Assembly (NCBI GenBank): GCA_016192955.1
Contig: JACPTD010000007.1
Coordinates: forward strand, 1-40,288
DNA length: 40,288 nucleotides
Origin: Candidatus Woesearchaeota archaeon
GTDB taxonomy: Archaea; Nanobdellota; Nanobdellia; Woesearchaeales; GW2011-AR4
Direction of reading: 5' to 3'
Shown: positions 17,538-26,960 of the stretch, piece by piece
Position numbering within the stretch: the stretch's first letter is position 1
Layout of the letters: the number at the start of each line of letters is the position of its first letter
Made by a program: the position numbers and the translations under genes
The notes under the pieces: generated by a model
Database searches by the model: none
Seen by the model: only the letters and a program-made list of their open reading frames with translations
Told to the model about the DNA's origin: nothing

Positions 17538-18480
17538 GGTATCATTTGTTATTCTGTCCTACAATGACGGGGAAATGGCCATAAATGCCATCAAGTCTAT
17601 CAAAAAACTAAGAACAAGGCATAAATTCGACATATTTGTTGTTGACAACGGCTCGAATGACAACAGCGCAAAATCAGTCAGAAATGCCTTTGATGATGTT
17701 AAGGTAATTGAGCTGGGAAAAAACATAGGAACTGCGGCTTATGATGCTGCAATTAAAAAATCCAAAAGCGAGTACATATTTTTTACAGGCTGCGATATCG
17801 AAGCAAAGGGCGATATGCTCGACAAGCTTGTTGCATTCTTGGGCAAAAATAAAGATGTTATTCTTGCCGCTCCAAAATATATAAATTTTTACAACAAAAA
17901 TAAAATAGACACTGGAGGAACATGGCTTTCGAGGTCATTTTATTCAGGAACTTTCAAGGATAACACCCTGGGGGATAAAAATATTGAAATACCTTATATT
18001 GGCGCTGGCTTGATAAGAAAGGAGCTCATTGAAAAATTCGGCTATTTGAACGACAATGACTACTTTTTTTATGGTGAAGATGTTGATTTGGGATTGAGAA
18101 TCAGGCTTCTTGGGTTCAAAATATATTACATTCCAAGCTCCATAGTCTACCACATGGGCTCAATGTCAAGAAAAATATACAAACCTTATTACTTGACATT
18201 TTTGATGGAGAGGAATTTATTGACCACATTTTTTAAGATTTTGTCTATTGGGAATATTTTTTTATTGATGCCTTACGTTTTACTGATGAGAATTGTTGCA
18301 ATTGCGAGGGATTTAATAACGCTGAAATTCATGAATGCATTTGCAAGGCTGTTTGCAGTTCTATGGATTGCATTTAATTTCAGCTCTATAAACAAAAAAA
18401 GGAAAAAACTGCAAAAAATGAGGAAAGCTGATGACATGACATTATTCAGGATATTTAGTGAGAGGTATTTATTCAGATAA
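17527..18480 (+). CDS. Glycosyltransferase family 2 (GT-A) with a C-terminal membrane segment.
   Basis: VSFVILSYNDGEMAINAIKSI, VVDNGSNDNS and YGEDVDLGLR. Confidence 0.8.
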   Translation: MKSKVSFVILSYNDGEMAINAIKSIKKLRTRHKFDIFVVDNGSNDNSAKSVRNAFDDVKVIELGKNIGTAAYDAAIKKSKSEYIFFTGCDIEAKGDMLDKLVAFLGKNKDVILAAPKYINFYNKNKIDTGGTWLSRSFYSGTFKDNTLGDKNIEIPYIGAGLIRKELIEKFGYLNDNDYFFYGEDVDLGLRIRLLGFKIYYIPSSIVYHMGSMSRKIYKPYYLTFLMERNLLTTFFKILSIGNIFLLMPYVLLMRIVAIARDLITLKFMNAFARLFAVLWIAFNFSSINKKRKKLQKMRKADDMTLFRIFSERYLFR

Positions 18481-18481
18481 A

Positions 18482-19924
18482 ATGTACAAAAATTACTTGA
18501 ATAAAATTTTAAAAAATCATGGATTGTTGCTATTTTTAATAGTTGTATTTGGGTTGGTTTTAAGATTGATATTCTTTTCAGGAATGGGCGTGTCTGATGA
18601 TTTGGCTTACAGTAAATATGCGAACAGCAAAGGCATAGACCCAGCCAGTGTATTGACATTGTCCACTAGATTAGGCTTGATATATATCACAGCATTATCA
18701 TATTCTCTATTTGGTATAAACGACATATCATCAGTTTTATTCATAGTACTTGCATCTATCGGGAATATTATCTTAATTTTCTATTTTGGAAAGCTTTTAT
18801 TCAATGAAAAGGTAGGGCTTATGGCTGCTTTTTTATTATCTTTTTTTCCGCTAGAGGTGGTTTATTCCACAAAACTTCTGTCAGACATACCGTCTGCTTT
18901 TTTCATGGCGTTAGGTGTCTATACTTTCCTTTATGCAGAAAAGAAATCAAAGCAAACCGCTTATTATTTTGCATCAGGCTTTTTGATTGGCATCGGCTAT
19001 TTGATAAGGGAAAGCGCATTGCTTATTGCATTATTTTTCATAATATATGTTTTATACAAAAGGCAACTAAAAAAAGAGTACTTCATCGTGCCTCTTGGCT
19101 TTATGATTATTTTTGGGGTTGAGCTTGCTGCATTATACAAGTTAACTGGTGATCCTTTTTTTAGGTTTACCGCAGTGCAGGACTATCTTTTTAGTGTCCA
19201 TAGCCAGCTAAACCATTTTGGCAGAACATCATTTCCGGAAGGCCTGTTCCATTATCCCTACATAATTTTAACTAATGAGCTCATAAACTTTTTTTATATA
19301 TCAATCTTTATTGCAATATGCTATTTCATAATTAATAAAAAAAATAATGCGCATATACTGCTATTTTGGTTCATATCTCTGCTTTTTTATTTGAGCTTTG
19401 GCTCATCGAGCTTTTCCAGATATGTACCTTTCAAGGCTGATCCAAGATACCTTTCTGTTATTACTTTGCCCGGTATATTGCTGCTGGCTTATTTTTTGAC
19501 TGAAAGCAAGCGGATTATTAAAAGAATAACACCCCTGATTTTGGCGCTGTTGCTTATTGCTTCAGTCATATCTGTTTATGCGTATGAGAATAGACATCTT
19601 TTAGACAATTTGAAAGAAGCATACCCTTATTTGAAAAAATTAGGCAAGACATTTTATACAGACCAAAGATCAACGAATGCGCTAGACTATATATCGCAGT
19701 ATAAAAATGAAATAGACATAAAACCCTATCCTGATGATTTAAGCAACCTAAAAGGTGTTTATGTGGTTATAAACAAAGAAATGCTAAGGAACTTGAAAGC
19801 ATCAAACAATAAGCTGAAATTCCCAAAAGAGATAGAAAATCCGCCTAGCAACTGGATATTAGTAAAAGAATTTGGCGATGATATTAAAAATAGGGTATTT
19901 ATTTACTATGCTCCTGAGAAATGA
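18482..19924 (+). CDS. Polytopic GT-C-fold glycosyltransferase (ArnT/PMT, GT39/83-like).
   Basis: Many hydrophobic segments, an acidic first-loop motif GVSDDLAYSKYA, and a soluble C-terminal domain. Confidence 0.6.
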   Translation: MYKNYLNKILKNHGLLLFLIVVFGLVLRLIFFSGMGVSDDLAYSKYANSKGIDPASVLTLSTRLGLIYITALSYSLFGINDISSVLFIVLASIGNIILIFYFGKLLFNEKVGLMAAFLLSFFPLEVVYSTKLLSDIPSAFFMALGVYTFLYAEKKSKQTAYYFASGFLIGIGYLIRESALLIALFFIIYVLYKRQLKKEYFIVPLGFMIIFGVELAALYKLTGDPFFRFTAVQDYLFSVHSQLNHFGRTSFPEGLFHYPYIILTNELINFFYISIFIAICYFIINKKNNAHILLFWFISLLFYLSFGSSSFSRYVPFKADPRYLSVITLPGILLLAYFLTESKRIIKRITPLILALLLIASVISVYAYENRHLLDNLKEAYPYLKKLGKTFYTDQRSTNALDYISQYKNEIDIKPYPDDLSNLKGVYVVINKEMLRNLKASNNKLKFPKEIENPPSNWILVKEFGDDIKNRVFIYYAPEK

Positions 19925-21411
19925 CAAACTACACCAAGCATGCGATAAAAGGCACAACCATTGTGCTGGCTGTCTCTATTTTAGCAGCCTTTTTGGGCTA
20001 CATTGTAAGGCTTGTTTTGGCAAGAAACTTAAGTGTTGAAGATTTTGGCTTGTTTTACGCTGTTTTTGCTTTTTTGGCGCTTTTGGGCGTGTTCAAATCA
20101 CTTGGTTTTGAGAGGTCATTAATAAAATTCATCCCAGAGTTCCTGCATAAAAATAGAAATGATTATATAAAAAGCTCTATGGTTTATGTTTTAATAACGC
20201 AGCTGATAACAAATACAATAATAATAATTGCAATTTATTCATTGTCCATTTATTTAAGCGAGCATTTTTTCCATACTCCTAAAGCAGGCATTGTGCTCAA
20301 GCTGATGGCAATTGCCTTCTTTATAGATAGTTTCGTCAATGTGCTGAAATTCAGCTTTCAGGGCTTTCAAAAGATGACTTTGTTTTCTTTCATTGATGTT
20401 GTGAGAATGCTTCTGATATTAATACTGGTAATTATTGGCTTAAAAGCCGGTTATGGGCTGTTCAGCCCTGTGGCTGCTTATATGGCTGTGCCAGCCATTT
20501 TGCTTGCAATTTTTGGGTGGATTTTGCTTAACAATGTCTTTCCAGAATTCTTCCATTCAAAATTTGCCATAGAATGGCCTTTGATAAAAAAAATATCAAA
20601 ATACAGCATATTTGTAATGGTGTCAGGCACTGCGGCCATCATACTTGGCTATACAGATACAATGATGCTGACTTATTTTAAAGGTGTTAAAGATGTTGCA
20701 TTGTACAATATAGCGTTGCCAACAGCAAAAATATTGATATACCTGCCTACTGCAATTGGAAGCATCCTGCTGCCCTTGGCATCAGAGCTGTGGGTTAAGA
20801 AGAAATTTGCGCTATTAAGGGCCGGAATGGAGTCTCTTTACAAGTATTCCATAATAGTCACAATCCCTCTGGTTTTTAGCTTAATGTCGTTCTCTGATTT
20901 TATCACAGGGGCCCTGTTCGGCAAAAATTATATCTTAGCAGTGATTCCAATGAAAATCCTGAGCATAGGCATGGTATTCATGACTATTCATCTTTTAAAT
21001 GTGAACTTTTTCCTTGGCATAGGGCAGCCTCAGGTCCAAAGCAAGATACTCTACACAGCTGCTATATTCAACCTCGTAACAGATTTCCTATTGATACCGA
21101 CACTGGGAACAGTAGGCGCAGCATTAACAACCACGGCAAGCTTTTTTATAATGATGGTTATGGGTTTTATAAACATTAAGAGGTTTATGGCTATAAAGTT
21201 CCCCATAAAGGTATGGTTAAGGATATTGTTGGCAGGAATTGGGTTTTTACTTGTGATTTATGTGTTAAAAAGATTGATTAACTTGAATGCGTGGCTTGAG
21301 ACTGGAGCCGTTTTGGCGATATCCGGAATAATTTATTTGGCATCCCTGTTTTTGTTTGGCATAGTCAATATTAATGAGGTGAGAGACTTATTCAAAAGAA
21401 TTTTTAAGTGA
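19921..21411 (+). CDS. Wzx-like oligosaccharide flippase (MOP superfamily).
   Basis: 496 aa that is almost entirely hydrophobic helices, with the typical size and position for this family. The start overlaps the upstream stop by 4 nt. Confidence 0.7.
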   Translation: MTNYTKHAIKGTTIVLAVSILAAFLGYIVRLVLARNLSVEDFGLFYAVFAFLALLGVFKSLGFERSLIKFIPEFLHKNRNDYIKSSMVYVLITQLITNTIIIIAIYSLSIYLSEHFFHTPKAGIVLKLMAIAFFIDSFVNVLKFSFQGFQKMTLFSFIDVVRMLLILILVIIGLKAGYGLFSPVAAYMAVPAILLAIFGWILLNNVFPEFFHSKFAIEWPLIKKISKYSIFVMVSGTAAIILGYTDTMMLTYFKGVKDVALYNIALPTAKILIYLPTAIGSILLPLASELWVKKKFALLRAGMESLYKYSIIVTIPLVFSLMSFSDFITGALFGKNYILAVIPMKILSIGMVFMTIHLLNVNFFLGIGQPQVQSKILYTAAIFNLVTDFLLIPTLGTVGAALTTTASFFIMMVMGFINIKRFMAIKFPIKVWLRILLAGIGFLLVIYVLKRLINLNAWLETGAVLAISGIIYLASLFLFGIVNINEVRDLFKRIFK

Positions 21412-21438
21412 AGCTTAATCTGAGGAATTTAAGAATAA

Positions 21439-21930
21439 TCACTTATGCTTTAAATTCAAATAAGATTTAATCGATCTAAAAGCTGTATCTTTCTTGGCTA
21501 GTTTTATTAATGCATAAATAAGTGAACAGAGTACCAAAACATAAATTGACTGCTCAGGCCAGATAAGATTAAGGGTGTAATTTTGATTCGAAAATGGGAA
21601 TAACATTCTTGTGCCTGACACTGTGAAATGCTTTATCATAAGGTCTGACAAAAAATGGCTCATTGAACCGAGATTGATAAAAAGCACGGTTTTTAGTTGA
21701 TTGTGCATAAACAATGGGGATATAAGCAAGCTTAGCATAAAAATCATGAATGGAGTGTGAAAAGAAATAAAGGATATTTGCAAAGGAATCCAAAAATAAA
21801 GGTAAATCAAATGAAGCTTAGACAATAAGTCAGGAAGTATTGCGCCAAGCACAACTAAGCTTTTTTTCTTTATGTTAAAAATTTCCGCCAAAATCAGTCC
21901 AATAAGAAGATGTGACAGCAGATCAGGCAT
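21439..21930 (-). CDS. Membrane-bound metal-dependent hydrolase-like protein (YdjM/DUF457-like).
   Basis: MPDLLSHLLIG N-terminus, HTPF, SHFLSDL and LFPFS motifs within four to five TM segments. Confidence 0.5.
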   Translation of the reverse strand: MPDLLSHLLIGLILAEIFNIKKKSLVVLGAILPDLLSKLHLIYLYFWIPLQISFISFHTPFMIFMLSLLISPLFMHNQLKTVLFINLGSMSHFLSDLMIKHFTVSGTRMLFPFSNQNYTLNLIWPEQSIYVLVLCSLIYALIKLAKKDTAFRSIKSYLNLKHK

Positions 21931-22294
21931 TTTTAAAACCTCTTAATGTTGGTTTCCATTCATTGAAAAAGAGTGCAATGAACATTAACAAGGCAACAAA
22001 TGAGACTGCATAAAGAATATAATTATAGTTGTAATTATGATACTCTATCAACTCAATTGTTCCATTTTTTTTGAAATCTAAATAAGCGGCAGACTCCCCT
22101 AAGACATGCCTCTTAATGCTGCCTTCCACTTTGTGTTTGCCTCCGTACTTATTTGGTTTTTTAAGATAGCTATCGAATGTAAATTTGTCATTAGCTTCTT
22201 TTGCTATTACGAGGTTATCATAGATAAATACTCCTAGAGTTAACAAAAATATTACAATGTAAAAAACCACATCCATTATCTTTTTTTTACCCAT
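21923..22294 (-). CDS. Hypothetical membrane protein with one N-terminal and one C-terminal TM segment.
   Basis: The ORF overlaps the downstream gene start by 8 nt. No motif was recognised. Confidence 0.4.
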   Translation of the reverse strand: MGKKKIMDVVFYIVIFLLTLGVFIYDNLVIAKEANDKFTFDSYLKKPNKYGGKHKVEGSIKRHVLGESAAYLDFKKNGTIELIEYHNYNYNYILYAVSFVALLMFIALFFNEWKPTLRGFKNA

Positions 22295-22460
22295 AGATTT
22301 TGCAAATTTAGTTTATGCATTAGTTAATAAAACTTACTCAATCTCATGTATTGAATAACATTTATTTTCAATATGGTAATTAAGTATTCCAAACTGTGTA
22401 CCAATAACCGATTAAGTTTAAACATATATTCTTTAGAATATAAATATTTAAGAATAAGTT

Positions 22461-22495
22461 AATTAAATGTAATTATATATAATTGAATGTAATTA
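22461..22495. promoter_or_regulatory. 15-nt direct repeat spaced 20 bp, immediately upstream of the RHH gene. Candidate autoregulatory operator.
   Basis: AATTAAATGTAATTA (22461-22475) and AATTGAATGTAATTA (22481-22495) match at 14/15 positions. An AAAGGTGG Shine-Dalgarno-like motif and the ATG at 22512 follow. Confidence 0.4.
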
Positions 22496-22511
22496 AACAA
22501 AGGTGGTCTAA

Positions 22512-22748
22512 ATGAGTAACAAGGAAATTACAACGGTTTCTATACCAACGCAATTGGCTGAGAAGCTGAAGAAGAGGATAGAAGGCACTGGATTTACATC
22601 ACTATCCGGTTATGTGGTGTATATTCTGAGGCAAGTCATCTCCAGCGTTGAGATGGACGAGCGTAAAAAGAATGAGAAAGAGGCTTTTAGCGAGGAAGAC
22701 GAGAAAAGAGTTAAGGAAAGGCTGCGCAGCCTTGGTTATCTGGATTAA
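22512..22748 (+). CDS. Ribbon-helix-helix (CopG/Arc-like) DNA-binding protein.
   Basis: Beta-strand TTVSIP, helix QLAEKLKKRIE and helix SLSGYVVYILRQVI, followed by an acidic tail. It has its own GGTGG ribosome-binding site. Confidence 0.65.
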   Translation: MSNKEITTVSIPTQLAEKLKKRIEGTGFTSLSGYVVYILRQVISSVEMDERKKNEKEAFSEEDEKRVKERLRSLGYLD

Positions 22749-22749
22749 T

Positions 22750-24129
22750 ATGAAAAAGGTTTTTCTTTTTGGCATAGATGGGGCACCGCCTGAGCTGGTT
22801 TTCGGAAAGTGGCTTGAGCACCTCCCAAACATCAGAAAACTTATGGAATCAGGCGCTTATGCCAGGCTTAATAGCACAATACCTCCTTCAACGATAGTTG
22901 CGTGGAATTCAATGATATCGGGCAAAGACACAAGCGAGATAGGTGTTTTCAGCTATACTTATGTTGATGATGAAGGCAGATCTCGGCTTGTCAACTCGCA
23001 CAATATTAAATGCAGGCTAATATGGGATATCCTAAAAGAGCATGGCAAAGAGAGCATTGCGCTTTATGTTCCATTATCTTATCCTGCCAAGCCAATAAAA
23101 GGATTAATGGTTACGGATTTTTTGACTCCAGACGTTGATTCAAACTGCACATACCCTGAGAGTTTAAAAGAGAAAATAAAAACCATGAAAAATACTGATA
23201 TATTTTTTGATGTCGCAGTAGGTTTGGCAGGGCACAAGGGGCTTGAGATTGATGTTCTTATAGAAAAAACATATGAAATGACAGAAATGCAGATTGAGCT
23301 TTTAAAAGACGTTTTAGCCAATGAAAAATGGGACTTCCTCATGGCTGTGATGATAGGCACTGACAGGCTGCAGCACATGCTCTGGAATCATTTTGATGAA
23401 ACCCATAGGAGGTTTGTCAATAATTCTCAACACAAAAACGCACTAAGAGACTACTATGTTTATCTCGACAAAAAACTTGGCGAACTGCTTGAATTGCTTG
23501 ACAAAGACACTACTGTTATAGTTGCTTCTGACCATGGCATGATAAAGCAGGAAGGCAAGATAAACATAAATAATTGGCTTATTAAAGAAGGCTACTTATT
23601 TTTGAAAGAGGGTATTGATTTGTCAGAAAAAAAGCGTTTCAGCAGAGAGCTTATTGACGTGGAAAAGACAGTTGCTTACGGCGGCGGGGCATATAATGCA
23701 CGTGTATACCTAAATAAGAAAAAACTTGGCAAGGATTATAAAAAAATAAGAGAAGAAATGATAAAAAAACTTAGGAATATCCCTGATGACAAAGGCAACA
23801 ATCTTGATACAAGTGTCTACAAGGCAGAAGAAATTTACAAAGACAGTTCAAATCCAGAATGCCCTGACCTAACCGTTTATTTTGATGACTTGAGGTGGGC
23901 ATCAAACCCTGACTTGGGACAGCATGGAATCTATTCATGGTATACTGCGGTCGGCGCTGACAGTGCAGGCCATTCGAGGCAAGGCTGCTTTGTCATAAGC
24001 GGAAAAGGCATCAAAAGCAAAGGCAAAATTGGGGACATTGACATAAGACAGGTTCTGCCAACCATACTAAAATTGCTTGAAGTCAAATGCCCTTCTGACA
24101 TAGATGTAAATCCTGTTGAGGTGTTCTAA
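22750..24129 (+). CDS. Alkaline-phosphatase-superfamily type I phosphodiesterase/nucleotide pyrophosphatase (NPP-like).
   Basis: VFLFGIDGAPPELV, IPPSTIVAWNSMISG (Thr nucleophile position) and VASDHGM. ATG 22750 lies 1 nt after the RHH stop. The ORF-track extension back to 22648 is rejected. Confidence 0.7.
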   Translation: MKKVFLFGIDGAPPELVFGKWLEHLPNIRKLMESGAYARLNSTIPPSTIVAWNSMISGKDTSEIGVFSYTYVDDEGRSRLVNSHNIKCRLIWDILKEHGKESIALYVPLSYPAKPIKGLMVTDFLTPDVDSNCTYPESLKEKIKTMKNTDIFFDVAVGLAGHKGLEIDVLIEKTYEMTEMQIELLKDVLANEKWDFLMAVMIGTDRLQHMLWNHFDETHRRFVNNSQHKNALRDYYVYLDKKLGELLELLDKDTTVIVASDHGMIKQEGKININNWLIKEGYLFLKEGIDLSEKKRFSRELIDVEKTVAYGGGAYNARVYLNKKKLGKDYKKIREEMIKKLRNIPDDKGNNLDTSVYKAEEIYKDSSNPECPDLTVYFDDLRWASNPDLGQHGIYSWYTAVGADSAGHSRQGCFVISGKGIKSKGKIGDIDIRQVLPTILKLLEVKCPSDIDVNPVEVF

Positions 24130-24130
24130 A

Positions 24131-25228
24131 ATGGCGCATTTTTACGAATCAACATTAATTGATACTGTTGACGGTTTTCAATGCAAGTCATATTCAAACG
24201 AGCATCCTGAAGGGCTCATAATCGTCAAGCCAAAATACATCCCAAAAGAATCTATAGAAGGAGAGGGCCTAAAATACAGGTTTTTATTTGAGAAATGCCT
24301 TGTCAGGTTCAACCTTTTTGCAAGAAAAGAGAAGGTTGCAGATTATGTCAAGCAGTTCAGGAAGAGATTTCCCGACTATATTTATGATTGCCCTACAACA
24401 AAAAACTGGTTTTTTGTAGTGCCGCGCAACAGGATAAAGACAGCGCACGATTGCAGGAACGGGCTGAAAGAGCTGATGAAAGTTCCTGAAAGAGACATGG
24501 ACAGTTACCTGAAGCTAGTAAGGGATCTTGTTGATTTTTTAGCCAAAAGCGGAGTCTCTTACAATAATCTTGGAATTACTCACTCCACTTTGCTTGGCAA
24601 CTATACCCCTGGAAAATCAGATATTGACATAGTGATTTACGGAAAAGAAAACGGCTGGAAAATTCTCAACTATCTTAAGGACGCAAAGCATGAAAAGCTC
24701 CATTGGAAAACTGATGAAGAGTGGGCAGAATACTATAAGGAGCATAAGACATCAGAGTCAATGCACTTTACTGAAAAAGAATATATAAGCCATATGGCGC
24801 GTAAAAGGTATGAAGGTATGTTTGACAAAACCGTATTCACTCTGTTTACAGTTGAAGAGCCGCAAGAAACCTGGCTCAAGTGGGGCGATGAAAGCTATGT
24901 GCCAATTGGGCTGGCAACAGTGCAGGGAAGAGTTGTAGACCACTACAACAGCCATGTGCGGCCCGGTTTTTATGGAATTGAAGGTGCAACACTATTGAAT
25001 AGCAGCCATCCAATGCCAAAGATTGACAAAAGCATTGCAATAAAAAAAATTGTGTTTTACTCCATTCCATTCACTCAGCAGGCAATAAGCGGCGAAAAGG
25101 TAAAAGCATGCGGGCTGCTTGAACTTGCAATTCCTAAAAAAGGCGACAAGTATTACCGGCTTGTCATAGGGTACTTTGATGCTTATATAAGCGAGAGAAG
25201 GGAAAAGGAGTTTATCAAGGTTGTTTAA
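24131..25228 (+). CDS. Pol-beta-superfamily nucleotidyltransferase with an uncharacterised N-terminal domain and a beta-rich (OB-like) C-terminal domain. Copy 1.
   Basis: LGITHSTLLGNYTPGKSDIDIVIYG matches the minimal NTase pattern G-S-x(n)-D-x-D (D-I-D codons at 24620-24628). The C-terminus reads VQGRVVDHYNSHVRPGFYGIEG...KIVFYS...ACGLLE. Confidence 0.6.
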   Translation: MAHFYESTLIDTVDGFQCKSYSNEHPEGLIIVKPKYIPKESIEGEGLKYRFLFEKCLVRFNLFARKEKVADYVKQFRKRFPDYIYDCPTTKNWFFVVPRNRIKTAHDCRNGLKELMKVPERDMDSYLKLVRDLVDFLAKSGVSYNNLGITHSTLLGNYTPGKSDIDIVIYGKENGWKILNYLKDAKHEKLHWKTDEEWAEYYKEHKTSESMHFTEKEYISHMARKRYEGMFDKTVFTLFTVEEPQETWLKWGDESYVPIGLATVQGRVVDHYNSHVRPGFYGIEGATLLNSSHPMPKIDKSIAIKKIVFYSIPFTQQAISGEKVKACGLLELAIPKKGDKYYRLVIGYFDAYISERREKEFIKVV

Positions 25229-26308
25229 ATGCACTTCTACGAATCATCCATAATAACAACAGTAGACGGCTTGCATTGCCAGGTCTATGGCAATGAGCAC
25301 CCTATTGACGGCATCCTTGTAAAGCCAAAATACATACCAACGGAAAAGCTGCACAGCGATGCGCTGCCTTACCGCTTTATAGCTGGCAGAAAAATGAACC
25401 GCTTAAATTTATGGGCTGATAAAAAAAAATTAAAAAAGTATATCGAAGAATTTAAAGCCCAATACCCAGAATACACTTATAAGAGCACCATGCATGAAGA
25501 TAATACGCTGTTTTTTTCTGTTCCGATAAACAGGATTGAGAGGATTTACTTCCCTAAAAAGGGCCTATCCGAACTTATGAGCATGCCAGCAAAATCTTTA
25601 GATGAACATCTTAAGGCAGTCTACGAGTTTGTTAATCTTTTATTAGAAAGCGGGATAAAATTAAATGAGCTTGGGGTGACATATTCCACTTTAGTGGGGC
25701 ATTACTTCTTAAATATATCCGACATCAACATAGTAGTCTACGGAAAAGATAATTTCTGGAAACTGATGGATTATCTAAAAAAATTGTCACATCCGTTGCT
25801 GAGGTGGAAGAATGAAGAAGACTGGATGAGATTTTATAAGGGAAGAAACAGGTTTGCTATCTTCACTAAAGAGCAATTTCTCAGGAATATGGACAGAAAG
25901 AAGTCTGAAGGCTATTTTAATAATAGCTTATTCATTATATTTGGAGTAGAAAATGGAAATGAATCGTGGTTTAAATGGAACGAGGAAAAATACAAAAAAC
26001 TTGGCTTGGTCACAGTTCAAGGAAAAGTCGCTGATAATTTTAATTCTGTGGTTAGACCCGGGTTTTATGAGATAAAAGATTCAAAAATCATTAATGGCTA
26101 CGATGAGGTTCCTGTTAAAAAAATTGTTTTTTACTCAAGAGATTATTGCATGCTATCCTATCCCGGAGAGCACATTGAAGCATGCGGATTGCTTGAGTTG
26201 GCAACAACAAAAGAAGGCAAGCAATATCACAGGGTTGTTGTTGGCTATTTTGATGCATATATCGGCGACAGGAGGGAAAAAGAATTTATCAGGGTGCTAA
26301 ATGACTGA
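25229..26308 (+). CDS. Paralogue of the preceding nucleotidyltransferase, with the D-x-D motif changed to D-x-N. Copy 2.
   Basis: Collinear similarity over the full length (MHFYESSIITTVDGLHCQVYGNEHP..., VQGKVADNFNSVVRPGFYEI...). The motif is LGVTYSTLVGHYFLNISDINIVVYG (D-I-N codons at 25721-25729). Confidence 0.6.
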   Translation: MHFYESSIITTVDGLHCQVYGNEHPIDGILVKPKYIPTEKLHSDALPYRFIAGRKMNRLNLWADKKKLKKYIEEFKAQYPEYTYKSTMHEDNTLFFSVPINRIERIYFPKKGLSELMSMPAKSLDEHLKAVYEFVNLLLESGIKLNELGVTYSTLVGHYFLNISDINIVVYGKDNFWKLMDYLKKLSHPLLRWKNEEDWMRFYKGRNRFAIFTKEQFLRNMDRKKSEGYFNNSLFIIFGVENGNESWFKWNEEKYKKLGLVTVQGKVADNFNSVVRPGFYEIKDSKIINGYDEVPVKKIVFYSRDYCMLSYPGEHIEACGLLELATTKEGKQYHRVVVGYFDAYIGDRREKEFIRVLND

Positions 26309-26960
26309 CGAATTTGATAAACTAGTCAATGATGATGCGTCATTGCGCGAAAATTGTGATTTTTGCAAAGAATCCAAGTTAGAGGTAGGCAAAAAAACAA
26401 GATACGGCTCAGTTGTGATATGCAGAATAGGGAAAGCTAAAAACGGATGGTTTGCTACTTTGTCTCCAAAGACAGGCGGCGACCCAAGAAAAGATTTTAC
26501 CGTACAATTGATGCCTTTTGCGCATTTGACTCATTTTTCCCAGATATCGTCTAATAGGGAATTAGCAAAGAATTACGGAACCCTCTTTTCAAAAATATCC
26601 AGATCTATATCGAAAGTCATGCTGGAAGACAAAAATCTTAAGGCGCTAGCTAACTCAAAAGAGCTCGGCATATCAATAGCAACGTATGGAAAATGTACAA
26701 CATGGAAAGAAAAAAAAGAGCATCTTCATGTCAAGATATTTCCATTTAGAGGCAATATAGGCCAACCCTATACACTAGACAGCTCTTTTGAAAGAAAAAA
26801 AATACGAAAAGATCCAAAAACAGGCGAAGAATTCGTAAAAATGATGCCTGTTAGAAAAGTTATGATAGATGATGAAAGATTTGATTTTCTATCGAAGTTA
26901 TTTATATTTTTATTAGATAACTCCTCAACTTTGTCTGATCATTATAACCACATAAAATGA
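26301..26960 (+). CDS. HIT-superfamily-like nucleotide hydrolase/transferase with an atypical H-x-H-x-K motif.
   Basis: N-terminal CDFC, FTVQLMPFAHLTHF, and EHLHVKIFPF where HIT proteins carry HxHxHxx. The gene overlaps both neighbours (by 8 nt and 4 nt). Confidence 0.5.
   Translation: MTDEFDKLVNDDASLRENCDFCKESKLEVGKKTRYGSVVICRIGKAKNGWFATLSPKTGGDPRKDFTVQLMPFAHLTHFSQISSNRELAKNYGTLFSKISRSISKVMLEDKNLKALANSKELGISIATYGKCTTWKEKKEHLHVKIFPFRGNIGQPYTLDSSFERKKIRKDPKTGEEFVKMMPVRKVMIDDERFDFLSKLFIFLLDNSSTLSDHYNHIK

Noticed and set aside
22648-22749. N-terminal extension of the AlkP gene that overlaps the RHH gene (ORF-track start 22648).
   Set aside because: The extension is Arg/Lys-rich out-of-frame sequence over the RHH coding region. 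ATG 22750 lies 1 nt after the RHH stop and begins the conserved MKKVFLFGIDG N-terminus.
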